Part shown: piece after piece, positions 8,547 to 18,983 of the stretch
How positions within the stretch are numbered: position 1 is the first letter of the stretch
How the letters are laid out: every line of letters starts with the position of its first letter
From: Lachnospiraceae bacterium
Lineage (GTDB): Bacteria > Bacillota > Clostridia > Oscillospirales > Oscillospiraceae
Direction of reading: 5' to 3'
DNA length: 49,641 bases
NCBI GenBank assembly: GCA_963654505.1
Contig: CAVKBJ010000001.1
Coordinates: 1-49,641, forward strand
Position numbers and translations under genes: made by a program
Notes under the pieces: generated by a model
Told to the model about the DNA's origin: nothing
What the model saw: the letters and a program-made list of their open reading frames with translations, nothing else
Database searches by the model: none

Positions 8547-10592
8547 TCAGTTCAGCGCCTCGGCGTTCAGATCGAACAGCTCCCGCACCCGCGCGTGCAG
8601 CGCCGGATGCTCCGCGAGCGCCGGGTCGAGGGCCAGCAGCTCCTCCGCCGCGCCCTGTGCCTCGTACAGAAGCTCCATATCGCAGGTGAAGTCCGCCACG
8701 CGCAGCGTCGGCAGGCCGTGCTGCCGCGCGCCGAAAAAATCACCCGGACCGCGCAGCTTCAGATCCTCCTCCGCCAGCTCGAAGCCGCTCTGCGTGCGGC
8801 GCATCGCGTCGAGCCGCGCGCGGTTGTCCTCGCCGCGGTTGTCGGACACAAGGATGCAGTACGACTGCCACGGCCCACGGCCCACGCGCCCGCGCAGCTG
8901 ATGAAGCTGGGAAAGCCCGAAGCACTCCGCGTTCTCGATGAGCATGACCGCCGCGTTCGGCACGTCCACGCCGACCTCCACCACCGTGGTGGAGACCAGC
9001 ACGTCGATCTCACCCGCGGCAAACGCGCGCATCACCGACTCCTTCTCCTTCGGCTTCATCCTCCCGTGCAGGAACCGCACCGTCCTGCTCGGAAAAACAT
9101 CTTTTTGCAATTTTTCCGCATAGGCTGTCACGGCCTTGCGCTCGTCGGGCAGCTCGCCGTTCTCCTCCACCATCGGGCAGACGATGTACGCCTGCCGCCC
9201 CTCTGCAAGCTGCTTTTCGATGAAGGCGTAGATGCGCCCGTGGTAGCTCGACGGCACGGCGAAGGTCTCGATGCTCCGCCGTCCCGGCGGCAGCTCGTCG
9301 ATCACCGACACGTCGAGGTCGCCGTAGATCATCAGCGCCAGTGTGCGCGGGATCGGCGTCGCGGACATGACCAGCAGATGCGGATTTTCTCCCTTGGCCC
9401 CCAGCGCCGCGCGCTGGTTCACGCCGAAGCGGTGCTGCTCGTCGGTCACGACCAGTCCCAAATTCCTGTAGGAAATGTCCGGCGAGAGCAGCGCGTGCGT
9501 GCCGATGGCAAGGTCGAGCTCCCCCGCCGCCAGCCGCTCTGCGACCGACCGGCGCGCCGCCGCCTTTGTCGAGGCCGTCAGCAGCGCGCAGCGCACGCCG
9601 AGTCCCTCCAGCAGCGGCGCGAGCGTGTGGTAATGCTGCTCGGCGAGAATTTCCGTCGGCGCCATCAGCGCCGACTGCAAGCCGTTTTTCGCCGCGAAAT
9701 AAACCGCCGCCGCCGCGACCATCGTCTTGCCGCTGCCGACGTCGCCCTGCACCAGCCGGTTCATCGGCCGCGCGTCCGCCATGTCGCGCAGCAGCTCGTC
9801 CGCCGCGCGCCGCTGGGCGCCCGTGAGCGTAAAGGGCAGCGCCTTGTAAAACGGCGTCATATCGACCGCCGCGCAGGTCTTGCCCCTTACCTCCGTCCGC
9901 CGCGCGCGCAGCAGCCGCAGTCCGAGCGTCAGCAGATACAGCTCCTCGAACGCGAGCCGCCGCCGCGCCGCGGCCAGCGCCGCGTCGTCCGACGGGAAGT
10001 GGATATTTTCGTAGGCGTACCGCACCCCGCACAGCCCGTGCCGACGCAGCAGCTCCTCGGAAAGCAGTTCGGGCAGCTCCGCCGCCTCGTCCAGGCCCTG
10101 CCGGATCGCGCGGTGGAGCAGGCTCTGCCCCACGCCCGCGGTCAGCGGATAGACCGGCACGATGCGGCCCGTGACCTCGCGCTTCCCCTCCCGCTCAAAG
10201 ACTGGATTGATCATCGACCGCCGCAGCGGCGTTCCCTCGACCGTGCCGTAGAACGTGTAGCTCTCGCCCGTGCGGAAGCTGTTCCTCAGATATGACTGGT
10301 TGAAATACGTCAACTCCAGCGCGGCGCTCTCGTCCACCACGCGCAGCTTGACAAGCTCCAGCCCCTTCCGGATGCGTGAGAGCTTCGGCTCTCCCGCCAC
10401 CATCGCCGTCACGCAGGCGCGCTCGCCGATCCGCGTCTCCGCGATGCGGCGGCTCCCCCGCCGGTCCTCGTAGGCCCGCGGGAAGTAGGCGAGCAGGCTC
10501 CCGAGGTCGGTGATGCCGAGCTTCGCAAGGCTCTTCGCCCGCGCCTCGCCCACGCCTTTGATAAAGCGCACGTCCGTATTCAGCTCCGCCAC
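8547..10592 (-). CDS. recG: ATP-dependent DNA helicase RecG
   Basis: QGDVGSGKT, DEQHRFG, SATPIPR and QLRGRVGRG motifs; start re-set to GTG 10592. Confidence 0.95.
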   Translation of the reverse strand: MAELNTDVRFIKGVGEARAKSLAKLGITDLGSLLAYFPRAYEDRRGSRRIAETRIGERACVTAMVAGEPKLSRIRKGLELVKLRVVDESAALELTYFNQSYLRNSFRTGESYTFYGTVEGTPLRRSMINPVFEREGKREVTGRIVPVYPLTAGVGQSLLHRAIRQGLDEAAELPELLSEELLRRHGLCGVRYAYENIHFPSDDAALAAARRRLAFEELYLLTLGLRLLRARRTEVRGKTCAAVDMTPFYKALPFTLTGAQRRAADELLRDMADARPMNRLVQGDVGSGKTMVAAAAVYFAAKNGLQSALMAPTEILAEQHYHTLAPLLEGLGVRCALLTASTKAAARRSVAERLAAGELDLAIGTHALLSPDISYRNLGLVVTDEQHRFGVNQRAALGAKGENPHLLVMSATPIPRTLALMIYGDLDVSVIDELPPGRRSIETFAVPSSYHGRIYAFIEKQLAEGRQAYIVCPMVEENGELPDERKAVTAYAEKLQKDVFPSRTVRFLHGRMKPKEKESVMRAFAAGEIDVLVSTTVVEVGVDVPNAAVMLIENAECFGLSQLHQLRGRVGRGPWQSYCILVSDNRGEDNRARLDAMRRTQSGFELAEEDLKLRGPGDFFGARQHGLPTLRVADFTCDMELLYEAQGAAEELLALDPALAEHPALHARVRELFDLNAEALN

Positions 10593-10684
10593 AGCCCTCG
10601 CCTCCCCTCGCGGTTTTTCTTTATTATACTCATTTCCTCCGCATTTGAAAAGGACTTTCCGCAAGAGCGGAAAGTCCTTTTGCC

Positions 10685-11161
10685 TTATCTTCTCACATAG
10701 TCCACATAGCGGAAGCGCAGGCCGTTCTCCTCCTGCCATTCCCCCGCCGTCTCGGCCGCCCAGTCCGGCGCGGCGTCAAGGTTCGGGAAGAAAGCGTCGG
10801 CCCCCTCCGCCGCGGCGTCCACCTGCGTTACCCGTACACACTCACAGCGCGGCAGCAGCGCGCGGTAGAGCTGCGCCCCGCCGATGAGCACCGCGTCCTC
10901 ACCGGCAAGCCGCGCCGCTTCCCCGGCGCTCCGTGCGACCTCCACGCCCTCGCGCGGGGCCATCGTCGTGCTCACGACGATATTGCGCCGGTTCGGCAGC
11001 GGTCTTGCCCCCGGCAGCGAGAGGAGCGTGTTCCTCCCCATCACGACGGTCCTTCCCGTCGTGAGCCGCTTGAAGCGCCGCAGGTCGGCGGAGATATGAA
11101 AGAGCAGCCGGTTCTCCTTCCCGATGGCCCAGTTTTTGTCCACGCAAACGATGGCGGTCAT
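10685..11161 (-). CDS. folA: Dihydrofolate reductase
   Basis: AIGKEN, VMGRNT, PLPNRRNIV and IGGAQLY motifs; follows thyA. Confidence 0.93.
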   Translation of the reverse strand: MTAIVCVDKNWAIGKENRLLFHISADLRRFKRLTTGRTVVMGRNTLLSLPGARPLPNRRNIVVSTTMAPREGVEVARSAGEAARLAGEDAVLIGGAQLYRALLPRCECVRVTQVDAAAEGADAFFPNLDAAPDWAAETAGEWQEENGLRFRYVDYVRR

Positions 11162-11172
11162 GGCGTTCTCCT

Positions 11173-12003
11173 TTATACCGCGATGGGAATTTTTGCCTCA
11201 AACGGGCTCGGCTCGTAGCCCTCGAGCCGGAAGCTGTCGCGCGTGAAGGCGTAAAAATCCGTCACGCTTTGGTCAATGAAAAACCGCGGCGCCTCCCGCT
11301 CCGGCTCCGTGAGCATCCGCTCGATGATCGGCACGTGGCGGTCATAGATGTGCGCGTCCGCGATGACGTGCACCAGCTCGCCCGCCTTCAGTCCGCTGAC
11401 CTGCGCCATCATGTAGACCAGCACCGCGTACTGCACCACGTTCCAGTTGTTCGCCGCCAGCATATCCTGACTGCGCTGGTTCAGAATGGCGTTGAGCGTA
11501 TCGCCCGACACGTTGAAGGTCATTGAGTACGCGCAGGGGTAAAGCCCCATCTCGTGCAGGTCGGCGAAGTTATAGAGGTTCGTCAGAATGCGCCGCGAAG
11601 CGGGGTTGTGCTTGAGGTCGTAGAGCACGCGGTCTACCTGATCGAACAGCCCCTCCTTGTATTGATGCTTCACGCCGAGCTGATAGCCGTAGGCTTTCCC
11701 GATGCTGCCGCTCTCGTCCGCCCATGCGTCCCAAATGTGGGTGGAAAGGTCATGGACATTGTTCGACTTCTTCTGCCAGATCCACAAAAGCTCGTCCACC
11801 GCGCTCCTCCAGTAGGTGCGGCGCAGCGTGAGAATGGGAAACTCCCCTGCAAGATCGTAGCGGTTGACAAGACCAAATTTCTTGACCGTGTGGGCGGGCG
11901 TCCCGTCCTCCCAATGCGGGCGGACGGCAAGCTCCGTGTCCCACACGCCGTTTTTCAAAATGTCCTCGCAGTTCTGGCGAAAGACGCGGTCGGCATAGCT
12001 CAT
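11173..12003 (-). CDS. thyA: Thymidylate synthase
   Basis: LYPC active-site Cys, QRSQD, HIYDRH motifs. Confidence 0.95.
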   Translation of the reverse strand: MSYADRVFRQNCEDILKNGVWDTELAVRPHWEDGTPAHTVKKFGLVNRYDLAGEFPILTLRRTYWRSAVDELLWIWQKKSNNVHDLSTHIWDAWADESGSIGKAYGYQLGVKHQYKEGLFDQVDRVLYDLKHNPASRRILTNLYNFADLHEMGLYPCAYSMTFNVSGDTLNAILNQRSQDMLAANNWNVVQYAVLVYMMAQVSGLKAGELVHVIADAHIYDRHVPIIERMLTEPEREAPRFFIDQSVTDFYAFTRDSFRLEGYEPSPFEAKIPIAV

Positions 12004-12133
12004 ATCTGACCTCCCCGGAATTTTGTCTTTTTATCTTATCACAGCGTCCGGAGCGTATCCAGTCCTTTTTTTGCTTTCCGGGAATTTTTTCCGTTTTTTA
12101 CATTTCGCGCCGCCTGCCCGGGCTTTTCCCCGG

Positions 12134-12889
12134 TCAGGCGGTCTTTGCCCTGTTTTGCAGGCGGATGCGGTCGGCGATCATGGCGATGAACTCGCTGTTC
12201 GTCGGCTTGCCCTTCGTCGAATTGACCGTGTAGCCGAAGTAGCGCTGGAGCGTTTCGAGGTCGCCGCGGTCCCACGCCGTCTCGATGGCGTGGCGCACGG
12301 CGCGCTCCACGCGCGAGGGTGTGGTGTTATAGCGGCGCGCGACCTCGGGATAGAGCACCTTCGTCACCGCGTTGATGACCTCCATGTCCTGCACGGCGAG
12401 GATGATCGCCTCGCGGACGTACTGATAGCCCTTGATGTGCGCCGGCACGCCGACCTCGTGGATGATGGAGGTCACAAGGCGTTCCAGCGCGACGGGGCTT
12501 TCCTCCTCCGTTTCCTCCGTCTGCACGGCCTGCCGCATCCGTTCGAGCAGCGCGTCCGTCTCGCAGGGCTTCGCCATGAAGTACGCCGCGCCCTGCTCCA
12601 TCGCCCGGACCACCAGCCGCTCGCGGTAAAAGGCGGATACCAGAATCGTTTTCGGTCTTGCCGGCAGCTTCGCCATCCGCCCGAGCAGGCCCAGACCGTC
12701 AAGCTCCGGCAGGATCACGTCGGAAATGACAAGCTGTGGACGCTCCTTCTCGATCAGTCTCCAAGCCTCCGCGCCGTCACCGGCGCTCCCCACCACGTCA
12801 AATTCCCCCGTGTTTTCTATCGTCTGTTGCAGCATCGTGCGAAATTCCTCATTGGCATCCGCCAGAACGACCTTGATCCTGTTCTCCAT
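12134..12889 (-). CDS. spo0A: Sporulation master regulator Spo0A
   Basis: Receiver domain plus [26 protein letters not shown] and KPTNSEFIA motifs. Confidence 0.97.
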   Translation of the reverse strand: MENRIKVVLADANEEFRTMLQQTIENTGEFDVVGSAGDGAEAWRLIEKERPQLVISDVILPELDGLGLLGRMAKLPARPKTILVSAFYRERLVVRAMEQGAAYFMAKPCETDALLERMRQAVQTEETEEESPVALERLVTSIIHEVGVPAHIKGYQYVREAIILAVQDMEVINAVTKVLYPEVARRYNTTPSRVERAVRHAIETAWDRGDLETLQRYFGYTVNSTKGKPTNSEFIAMIADRIRLQNRAKTA

Positions 12890-12972
12890 CCTTAAATATT
12901 TTCCTCCTAAATTACTCAGGCGCGACAGCGCATTCCGACGCTAAATCGGACGTTTCGTTTTGCCTTGCCTAT

Positions 12973-13048
12973 AAACTATCATATTCGGACAGTATTTTCA
13001 AGCAGATTTCTGTCGTTTAGCACAAATTTAATACGACACAATTCGATA
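12973..13048 (-). promoter_or_regulatory. spo0A promoter with degenerate 0A boxes
   Basis: TTGAAA-17-TAGTTT with TG extension (13001-12973); 0A-like heptamers at 13011-17, 13032-38 and 13042-48. Confidence 0.45.
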
Positions 13049-13107
13049 TTTTTAGCGTTTTCAGCTATGTATGGCGGCAAGGCGCTTTCCTTGCCGCCAT
13101 GCCCGCT

Positions 13108-14178
13108 TCAGGCCGACGCCGCGTCCCGCGCGGCCGGCTCCGAGGCCGAGAGCATATTTTCGATCAAAATGCCATAACCTCTCTGCGGATCGTCCACAAG
13201 GACGTGCGTCACCGCGCCGACCAGCTTTCCGTCCTGCACGATAGGGCTGCCGCTCATGCCCTGCACGATGCCGCCCGTGAGCGCAATGAGCCGCGAATCG
13301 GTCACGCGCAGCAGCAGATTGCGCGTGGGCGCGGAGCCGCCGTAGAGCTTTTCGATCTCGATCTCATACGCGCGCACGTCGTCGCCCTCGCAGTTTGCCA
13401 GAATGACCGCCCTGCCGGTGTGGACCTCCTCGCGCTCCGCGACGGGGATCGCCTCTCCGATATTCTCCGGCCGGTTCTCCTCCGGCAAAACGCCGAAAAT
13501 GCCGCACTCCGTATTCGCGTAAAGGGAGCCGAGGTCGCGCGTCAGGTCGAAGTCGCCGCGCAGCTCGCCGGGCGAGCCGCTCTCGCCGCGCTTGACCGCC
13601 TTGACGCTCGCCGCCATCACGCTGCCGCGCGAGAGCGGCATGAGCGCGCCGGTGTCCATGTCCGTGATGCCGTGGCCGAGCGCCGCGAACACGCCCGTGG
13701 CCGGATCGTAGAAGGTCACCGTGCCGATGCCCGCCATGCTGTCGCGGATCCACGCGCCGAGGCGGCACACGCCGTCCTGTCCCTTTTGCGGGCAGACGGC
13801 GAGCTTTACGAGCCTGCCGTTGCGGCGCACGCCGAAGGCCGCCTCCTTCTCTCCGTTTTCCGCGAGGAGCGATTGCAGATGCTCCGTCGATTCGATGGCG
13901 GCGCCGTTCATCGTCAGGAGCAGATCGCCGGCCTTCATGCCGCCTTTTTTCGCGGGCGACGCCGTATCGCCCTCCGAAAGTCCCACGACCAGCACGCCCT
14001 CGGCAAAGAGCTTCACGCCGATCGCCTTGCCGACCGGCACGAGCGTGCGCACCTCGCTCCCGTCCGCCGCCGCGCTCACCGCGCCCGCCGGCACGAGCAG
14101 GGCGGAGAGCGCAAAGACCAGTGCCGCGCAGACGGCCGCGCCATGCCGTCCGCCCGGCTTCCGCCGCTTTTCATCCAT
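13108..14178 (-). CDS. spoIVB: SpoIVB peptidase (S55)
   Basis: PDZ region, GIGTVTF, ALGHG, GIVQGMSGSPI, GAVTHV; start re-set to ATG 14178 (GAGGTG RBS). Confidence 0.93.
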   Translation of the reverse strand: MDEKRRKPGGRHGAAVCAALVFALSALLVPAGAVSAAADGSEVRTLVPVGKAIGVKLFAEGVLVVGLSEGDTASPAKKGGMKAGDLLLTMNGAAIESTEHLQSLLAENGEKEAAFGVRRNGRLVKLAVCPQKGQDGVCRLGAWIRDSMAGIGTVTFYDPATGVFAALGHGITDMDTGALMPLSRGSVMAASVKAVKRGESGSPGELRGDFDLTRDLGSLYANTECGIFGVLPEENRPENIGEAIPVAEREEVHTGRAVILANCEGDDVRAYEIEIEKLYGGSAPTRNLLLRVTDSRLIALTGGIVQGMSGSPIVQDGKLVGAVTHVLVDDPQRGYGILIENMLSASEPAARDAASA

Positions 14179-14334
14179 CCCATCACCTCTCCTGTTCAAA
14201 AAGAAAGCGTTCTTTTTGAAATTTTTTCTGCCGCGTTTTGCGGCTTCGTTACTTTTTGCGGAACCGCGAAATTTAGCCCGCACAAAATCTGTCGGCGCTG
14301 GCATGGAAATTCCTGCTTTCGCGCCGCGGCCGGG

Positions 14335-14365
14335 AAAAAAGAAAACCGCAGGTAAAAACCTGCGG
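14335..14365 (-). terminator. Intrinsic terminator after ftsZ
   Basis: CCGCAGGT/ACCTGCGG stem followed by a T tract on the minus strand. Confidence 0.7.
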
Positions 14366-14387
14366 CTTTCGGCAAAATTTGGAAAAA

Positions 14388-15509
14388 TCAGCGCTCACGA
14401 TTGAAAATTTTGAAAATGTCGGCAAAGGGATCGTCTTCCTCCTCGGCCTTCTTCTCCGCCTCGGCGGCGGCCTTGTCGGCCTCGAAGTTGATCGGCTCGA
14501 TGGAGGGCTTCGCCGCCTCGGCCTTCTTCTCCTCGGCGGGCGCGGTGTTCTTGCCGTCGGCAAAGCCTGTGGCGATGACCGTGACGCGGATCTCGTCGTC
14601 CATCGACTCGTCGAAGGTCGCGCCAAAGATGGTCAGCGCGTCGGGATGCACCGCGTCCTGCACCAGCGAGGCGGCCTGCTCGACCTCCTCAAGGCCGATA
14701 TCCATAGAGCCGGTGACGTTGATGAGCACGCCGCGCGCCCCGTGGATCGAGGTCTCAAGCAGCGGGCTGGAGATGGCCATGCGCGCGGCCTCCTCGGCCT
14801 TGCCCTTGCCCGCCGCGCGGCCGACGCCCATGTGCGCCATGCCCGCGTTCTTCATGATGGCGGTCACGTCCGCGAAGTCGAGGTTGATGAAGCCCGTGTC
14901 GCGAATGAGGTCGGAGATGGACTGCACCGCCTGACGCAGCACGTCGTCCGCGATCTCAAAGGCGTTGGCGAAGGTGATCTTCTGATCGGTCGCGTGCTTG
15001 AGGCGCTCGTTGGGGATAATAACGAGAGAGTCAACTCTGCCTTGCAGCTCCTCGATGCCCTTTTCGGCCTGCTGCATCCTGCGGCGGCCCTCAAAGCCAA
15101 AGGGCTTGGTGACGACGCCGACGGTTAAAATTCCCATTTCGCGGGCGATCTCGGCCACGATGGGCGCGCCGCCCGTGCCGGTGCCGCCGCCCATGCCGGC
15201 GGTGATGAACACCATGTCGGTGTCCTCCAGCGCCTTGGAGATCTGGGCGCGGCTCTCCTCCGCGCTCTTGCGGCCCACCTCGGGGTCGCTGCCCGCGCCC
15301 TGGCCGTGCGTCAGCTTCTCGCCGATCTGGATCTTGTAGGTGGCGCTGGAAACGTTGAGCGCCTGCTTATCGGTGTTGACCGCGACGAAGTCCACGCCGC
15401 GGGTCCCGGAGCGCACCATGCGGTTGACCACGTTGTTGCCGCCGCCGCCGACGCCGATGACCTTGATCCTTACGACGTTTTCAACGCCGGTATCCAATCC
15501 GAATGCCAT
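14388..15509 (-). CDS. ftsZ: Cell division protein FtsZ
   Basis: [17 protein letters not shown] and INLDFAD motifs; start re-set to ATG 15509 (AGGAGG RBS). Confidence 0.97.
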   Translation of the reverse strand: MAFGLDTGVENVVRIKVIGVGGGGNNVVNRMVRSGTRGVDFVAVNTDKQALNVSSATYKIQIGEKLTHGQGAGSDPEVGRKSAEESRAQISKALEDTDMVFITAGMGGGTGTGGAPIVAEIAREMGILTVGVVTKPFGFEGRRRMQQAEKGIEELQGRVDSLVIIPNERLKHATDQKITFANAFEIADDVLRQAVQSISDLIRDTGFINLDFADVTAIMKNAGMAHMGVGRAAGKGKAEEAARMAISSPLLETSIHGARGVLINVTGSMDIGLEEVEQAASLVQDAVHPDALTIFGATFDESMDDEIRVTVIATGFADGKNTAPAEEKKAEAAKPSIEPINFEADKAAAEAEKKAEEEDDPFADIFKIFNRER

Positions 15510-15594
15510 ATCGGTTCCTCCTGCTATCTCTTGTAGAATGCGGGCGGACCGTGTCAACGCCGCCACAACATCAAGTGTATTGGAAAGCAAGCCT

Positions 15595-15623
15595 ATTGTA
15601 TAACGCTTTTTTCCCGCGGTCAA
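15595..15623 (-). promoter_or_regulatory. SigA-type promoter of ftsZ
   Basis: TTGACC-17-TACAAT. Confidence 0.7.
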
Positions 15624-15652
15624 TAGCCGCGCGCGATTTCCCGAAAACTTTT

Positions 15653-16426
15653 TTACGCGCCCGCGGACGGGATGAAGTGCATCTCGCCCTTGGACTTGAG
15701 CAGCATATAGTTCAGCTCGCCCGTCTCGTTCGACTCCAGAGCGTTCACCGTGCCCTGCACGCTGCGGAAAATATAGTCCATGTCCGAATCCCACGGGAGG
15801 CGCACGGTGAAGCGCCCCAGATAGGTAAACGTGATCGACTCCGCGTCGGAAAGGTCGATGCTCCCGATGTCCGGAAGCATCCCGCAGCCGTCCGCCGTTT
15901 TCACCAGCGTGAGCAGCGTTTCCGTCGTCAGCGTTTTCTCCGTGCCGAGGGAGAGCTGCGCGCTCGGCGCGGGCGCGTCCGGCTCCACGCCGACGATGCC
16001 TGGGCAACCGTCCGGCAGCGCGCCGGTCTGCTCAAGGAGCTTGCCGTTCGCGCTGATGAGCCACACGCCCTCCCGCGTGACGACGCCCGCCGCCGCCGTA
16101 CACTCCCGCACCGTGATGACAATGGTGTCCGGCAGAGCGCGGTTGATCGCCGCCTCCTCCACATAGGGCAGCGTTTCAAAGATCGCCTGCGCGGCGCTGT
16201 ACTTGTTGAGCAGGAACAGGTTATCCTCCAGCTTGATACCCGAGGCCGCGACGATCTCCTCCTCGCTGTAGCGCGCGTTGCCGCTCACGCGGATGCTCTG
16301 CACCTTGAAGAAGACCGTCAGCGCCGCAACGGCCGCGCCGGTGATGAGCAGAACGCACAGGAGCTTGAGCAGGAAGGAAAATCTTCCCCGCCGGCGTCTG
16401 CGGTTCACGCTGTGATTTCGTGCCAT
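15653..16426 (-). CDS. ftsQ: Cell division protein FtsQ/DivIB
   Basis: Basic N-terminus, one TM segment, POTRA pattern (VSGNARYS...LPYVE...LPDTIVI); start re-set to 16426. Confidence 0.82.
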   Translation of the reverse strand: MARNHSVNRRRRRGRFSFLLKLLCVLLITGAAVAALTVFFKVQSIRVSGNARYSEEEIVAASGIKLEDNLFLLNKYSAAQAIFETLPYVEEAAINRALPDTIVITVRECTAAAGVVTREGVWLISANGKLLEQTGALPDGCPGIVGVEPDAPAPSAQLSLGTEKTLTTETLLTLVKTADGCGMLPDIGSIDLSDAESITFTYLGRFTVRLPWDSDMDYIFRSVQGTVNALESNETGELNYMLLKSKGEMHFIPSAGA

Positions 16427-16448
16427 AGCTTTTGTATCCTCTGCTTTT

Positions 16449-17705
16449 CTATGTAGTCTCCCGGCGTATCCGCGCGCCGAGCGCGGCAAGGTCGCGCTCG
16501 ATGCCGTCGTAGCCGCGGTCGATATGCGCAAGCTCCGTCACGCGCGTCGTGCCCTCGGCGGCAAGGCCCGCGATCACAAGCGCCGCGCCGCCGCGCAGGT
16601 CTGTGCATTTGACCGCCGCGCCGTGCAGCGCCCGCACGCCGTTCACCACCGCCACGCGCCCCGCGACGCGGACCTCCGCGCCCATGCGGGAGAGCTCGTC
16701 GACCTGACGGTAGCGGTTTTCAAAAATATTTTCGACAAAGACCGTGCTGCCCTCGCTTCTGAGGAGCGCCGCCATCAGCACCGGCTGCGCGTCGGTCGGA
16801 AAGCCCGGATAGGGCGCGGTCCGCACGGGGCGCACGGAGCGCAGCCGCCCGTCCGACCGCAGGGAGATGCCGTCCGCGCCGCTTTTCACCTCGCAGCCGC
16901 TCTCGGCGAGCGCGAGCGTCACCGTGGATACCGCGCGGTGATCCGCGCCCGTCAAGCGCACCTCGCCGCCGACCGCGGCCGCGGCGCACAGGTAGGTCGC
17001 GCAGACGATGCGATCGCCGATCACGCGGTGCGTGCAGCCGTGCAGCGCCGCGCCGCCCTCGATCGTGATGACGGAGCCGCCCGCGCCGCTCACCCGTGCG
17101 CCCATGCTGCGCAGGAGCATCTGGAGATCGACGATCTCCGGCTCGCGGGCCGCGTTGCAGATGACGGTCGTGCCCTCCGCGCCGCAGGCGGCGAGGATGG
17201 CGTTCTCCGTCGCGCCGACGCTTGGAATGGCGAGCGTGACGTCTGCGCCGCGCAGCTTCTTCGCCCGGCAGTAAAGCTCTCCGCCGCGCTCGACGATCTC
17301 CGCGCCCAGCGCGCGCAGGGCCGAAAGATGCAGGTCGATGGGCCGCGGCCCAAGCTCGCAGCCGCCGGGGTAGGAGAGCACCGCTTCACCCTGCCGCGCG
17401 AGGATCGCGCCCAGAAAAATGACGGACGAGCGCATCTCGCGCATCAGCTCGTCGGGAACGTCGCAGCGCGCCATCGGCGCGGTGTCCACCTCCAGCGCCG
17501 CGCCGTCGCGCCGCACATGGCAGCCGAGGTGTCGCAGAATGGCGGCGGAAGCGTCCACGTCGCGCAGGCGTGGACAGTTTTCGATGCGGCAGACGTCCCG
17601 CGCGAGGATCGTCGCCGCCAGCACCGGCAGGACACTGTTCTTGCTGCCCTGTATCGTCAGTTCTCCGTAAAGCGGCGCGCCGCCCTCGATGCTCAGATAG
17701 CTCAT
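16449..17705 (-). CDS. murA: UDP-N-acetylglucosamine 1-carboxyvinyltransferase
   Basis: [26 protein letters not shown] and DLRGGA motifs; start re-set to 17705. Confidence 0.95.
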   Translation of the reverse strand: MSYLSIEGGAPLYGELTIQGSKNSVLPVLAATILARDVCRIENCPRLRDVDASAAILRHLGCHVRRDGAALEVDTAPMARCDVPDELMREMRSSVIFLGAILARQGEAVLSYPGGCELGPRPIDLHLSALRALGAEIVERGGELYCRAKKLRGADVTLAIPSVGATENAILAACGAEGTTVICNAAREPEIVDLQMLLRSMGARVSGAGGSVITIEGGAALHGCTHRVIGDRIVCATYLCAAAAVGGEVRLTGADHRAVSTVTLALAESGCEVKSGADGISLRSDGRLRSVRPVRTAPYPGFPTDAQPVLMAALLRSEGSTVFVENIFENRYRQVDELSRMGAEVRVAGRVAVVNGVRALHGAAVKCTDLRGGAALVIAGLAAEGTTRVTELAHIDRGYDGIERDLAALGARIRRETT

Positions 17706-17848
17706 GTGCCGTTCCTCCCTTTCCCGATGGGTAAGCAAACTAAGCCATAGTATGCGCCCACGGTGCGCCGGGGTTCCGATGCGGGAGGAAAACAGCCTGT
17801 CCTTTTGCGGATGGACACAGAGCCTGCGGCGGACGCCGCAGGCTTTTT

Positions 17849-18970
17849 TTATTTCACAAGCGCCATGACCGTTTCATAAATGCGCCCGGTCGCGTCGCGC
17901 ACGCCGAGCTTGAGCGACGCTTCGTGCATCGCCGCAAGGCGGTCCTTGTCGCGCAGCAGCGCGGCGGTCTCCATGAACAGGCGCTTGCCGTCCAGCCCCG
18001 CCTCGGGAAGGACGAGCGCCGCGCCGTGCTCGCCGAGCACGGCGGCGTTCTTCTCCTGATGATGGTTCGTCACGTTCGGCGACGGTACGAGGATCGCCGG
18101 CACGCCGAGCGCGGTCAGCTCGCTGAGCGTGGACGCGCCCGCGCGGCAGATCACAAGGTCTGCGGCGCGCATGACGTCCGCCATATCGTAGATATACTCC
18201 CGCACGTCGAGCGAGGGGTGCTCGCGCAGATCCACGCCGTATTCGCTCACCCAGCCGTGCATCCTCTGCCAGCCGAGCGAGCCGACGGAGTGAATATGGT
18301 GGAACGGCTCCTTCGCCGCCTCAAGATAGAGAAACTCCGCCGTGAGGCGGTTCATGCTCCCCGCGCCGAGACTGCCCCAAAAGGACACGACAAGCGGCCG
18401 GTCGTCGTTGACGCCGAGCTTTTCCTTTGCCTGCTCCCTGGTGAGCATGAAGAAATCGCCGCGCACCGGTGTGCCGGTGACGACCACGCGGTCCTTGTGC
18501 CGGTAATGCCGCCGGCAGTCCTCAAAGCCGACCATGATGCGGTCGCAGTGCTCCTCCAGCAGCCGCGTGGTAAGACCCGGCACGGCGTTCGACTCATGCA
18601 CCGCCGTCGGGATGCCGCGCGCGTGGCCGTAGCGCACGACGGGATAGCTTGCGTAGCCGCCCGTGCCGACGATGAGGTCGGGTCGAAATTCGTCCAGAAT
18701 GGCGTCGGCCTCGCGCTTCGCGCACGCGAGATTGCGCACGGAAACAAGGTTGTGGCGCAGCTCCTTCGGTCGGAGGGAGCGGTGGAAGGACGAGATGTTG
18801 ACGGTTTTGAAGGGATAGTCCGTGTGCGCGATCAGGTCGCGCTCCAGCCCGCGCTCCGCGCCGACAAAGAGAATTTTGACGTCCGGCTGTCGCTCCCGCA
18901 GATAGCCCGCGAGCGCCAGCGCGGGATTGACGTGTCCCGCCGTTCCTCCGCAGGTGAAAATGACGTTCAT
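17849..18970 (-). CDS. murG: Lipid II GlcNAc transferase MurG
   Basis: GGTAGHVNP, GTGGY, GSLGA, RAGAST and HQEKNA motifs. Confidence 0.95.
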   Translation of the reverse strand: MNVIFTCGGTAGHVNPALALAGYLRERQPDVKILFVGAERGLERDLIAHTDYPFKTVNISSFHRSLRPKELRHNLVSVRNLACAKREADAILDEFRPDLIVGTGGYASYPVVRYGHARGIPTAVHESNAVPGLTTRLLEEHCDRIMVGFEDCRRHYRHKDRVVVTGTPVRGDFFMLTREQAKEKLGVNDDRPLVVSFWGSLGAGSMNRLTAEFLYLEAAKEPFHHIHSVGSLGWQRMHGWVSEYGVDLREHPSLDVREYIYDMADVMRAADLVICRAGASTLSELTALGVPAILVPSPNVTNHHQEKNAAVLGEHGAALVLPEAGLDGKRLFMETAALLRDKDRLAAMHEASLKLGVRDATGRIYETVMALVK

Positions 18971-18983
18971 GCGCGCTCCCTCC

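Noticed and set aside
10685..12003. thyA-folA as phage auxiliary genes
   Set aside because: Separated from the particle operon by host genes and embedded between recG and spo0A
14180..14330. SigF/SigG/SigH promoter for spoIVB
   Set aside because: Only partial matches (for example AGGAATTT without a GAAT -10)
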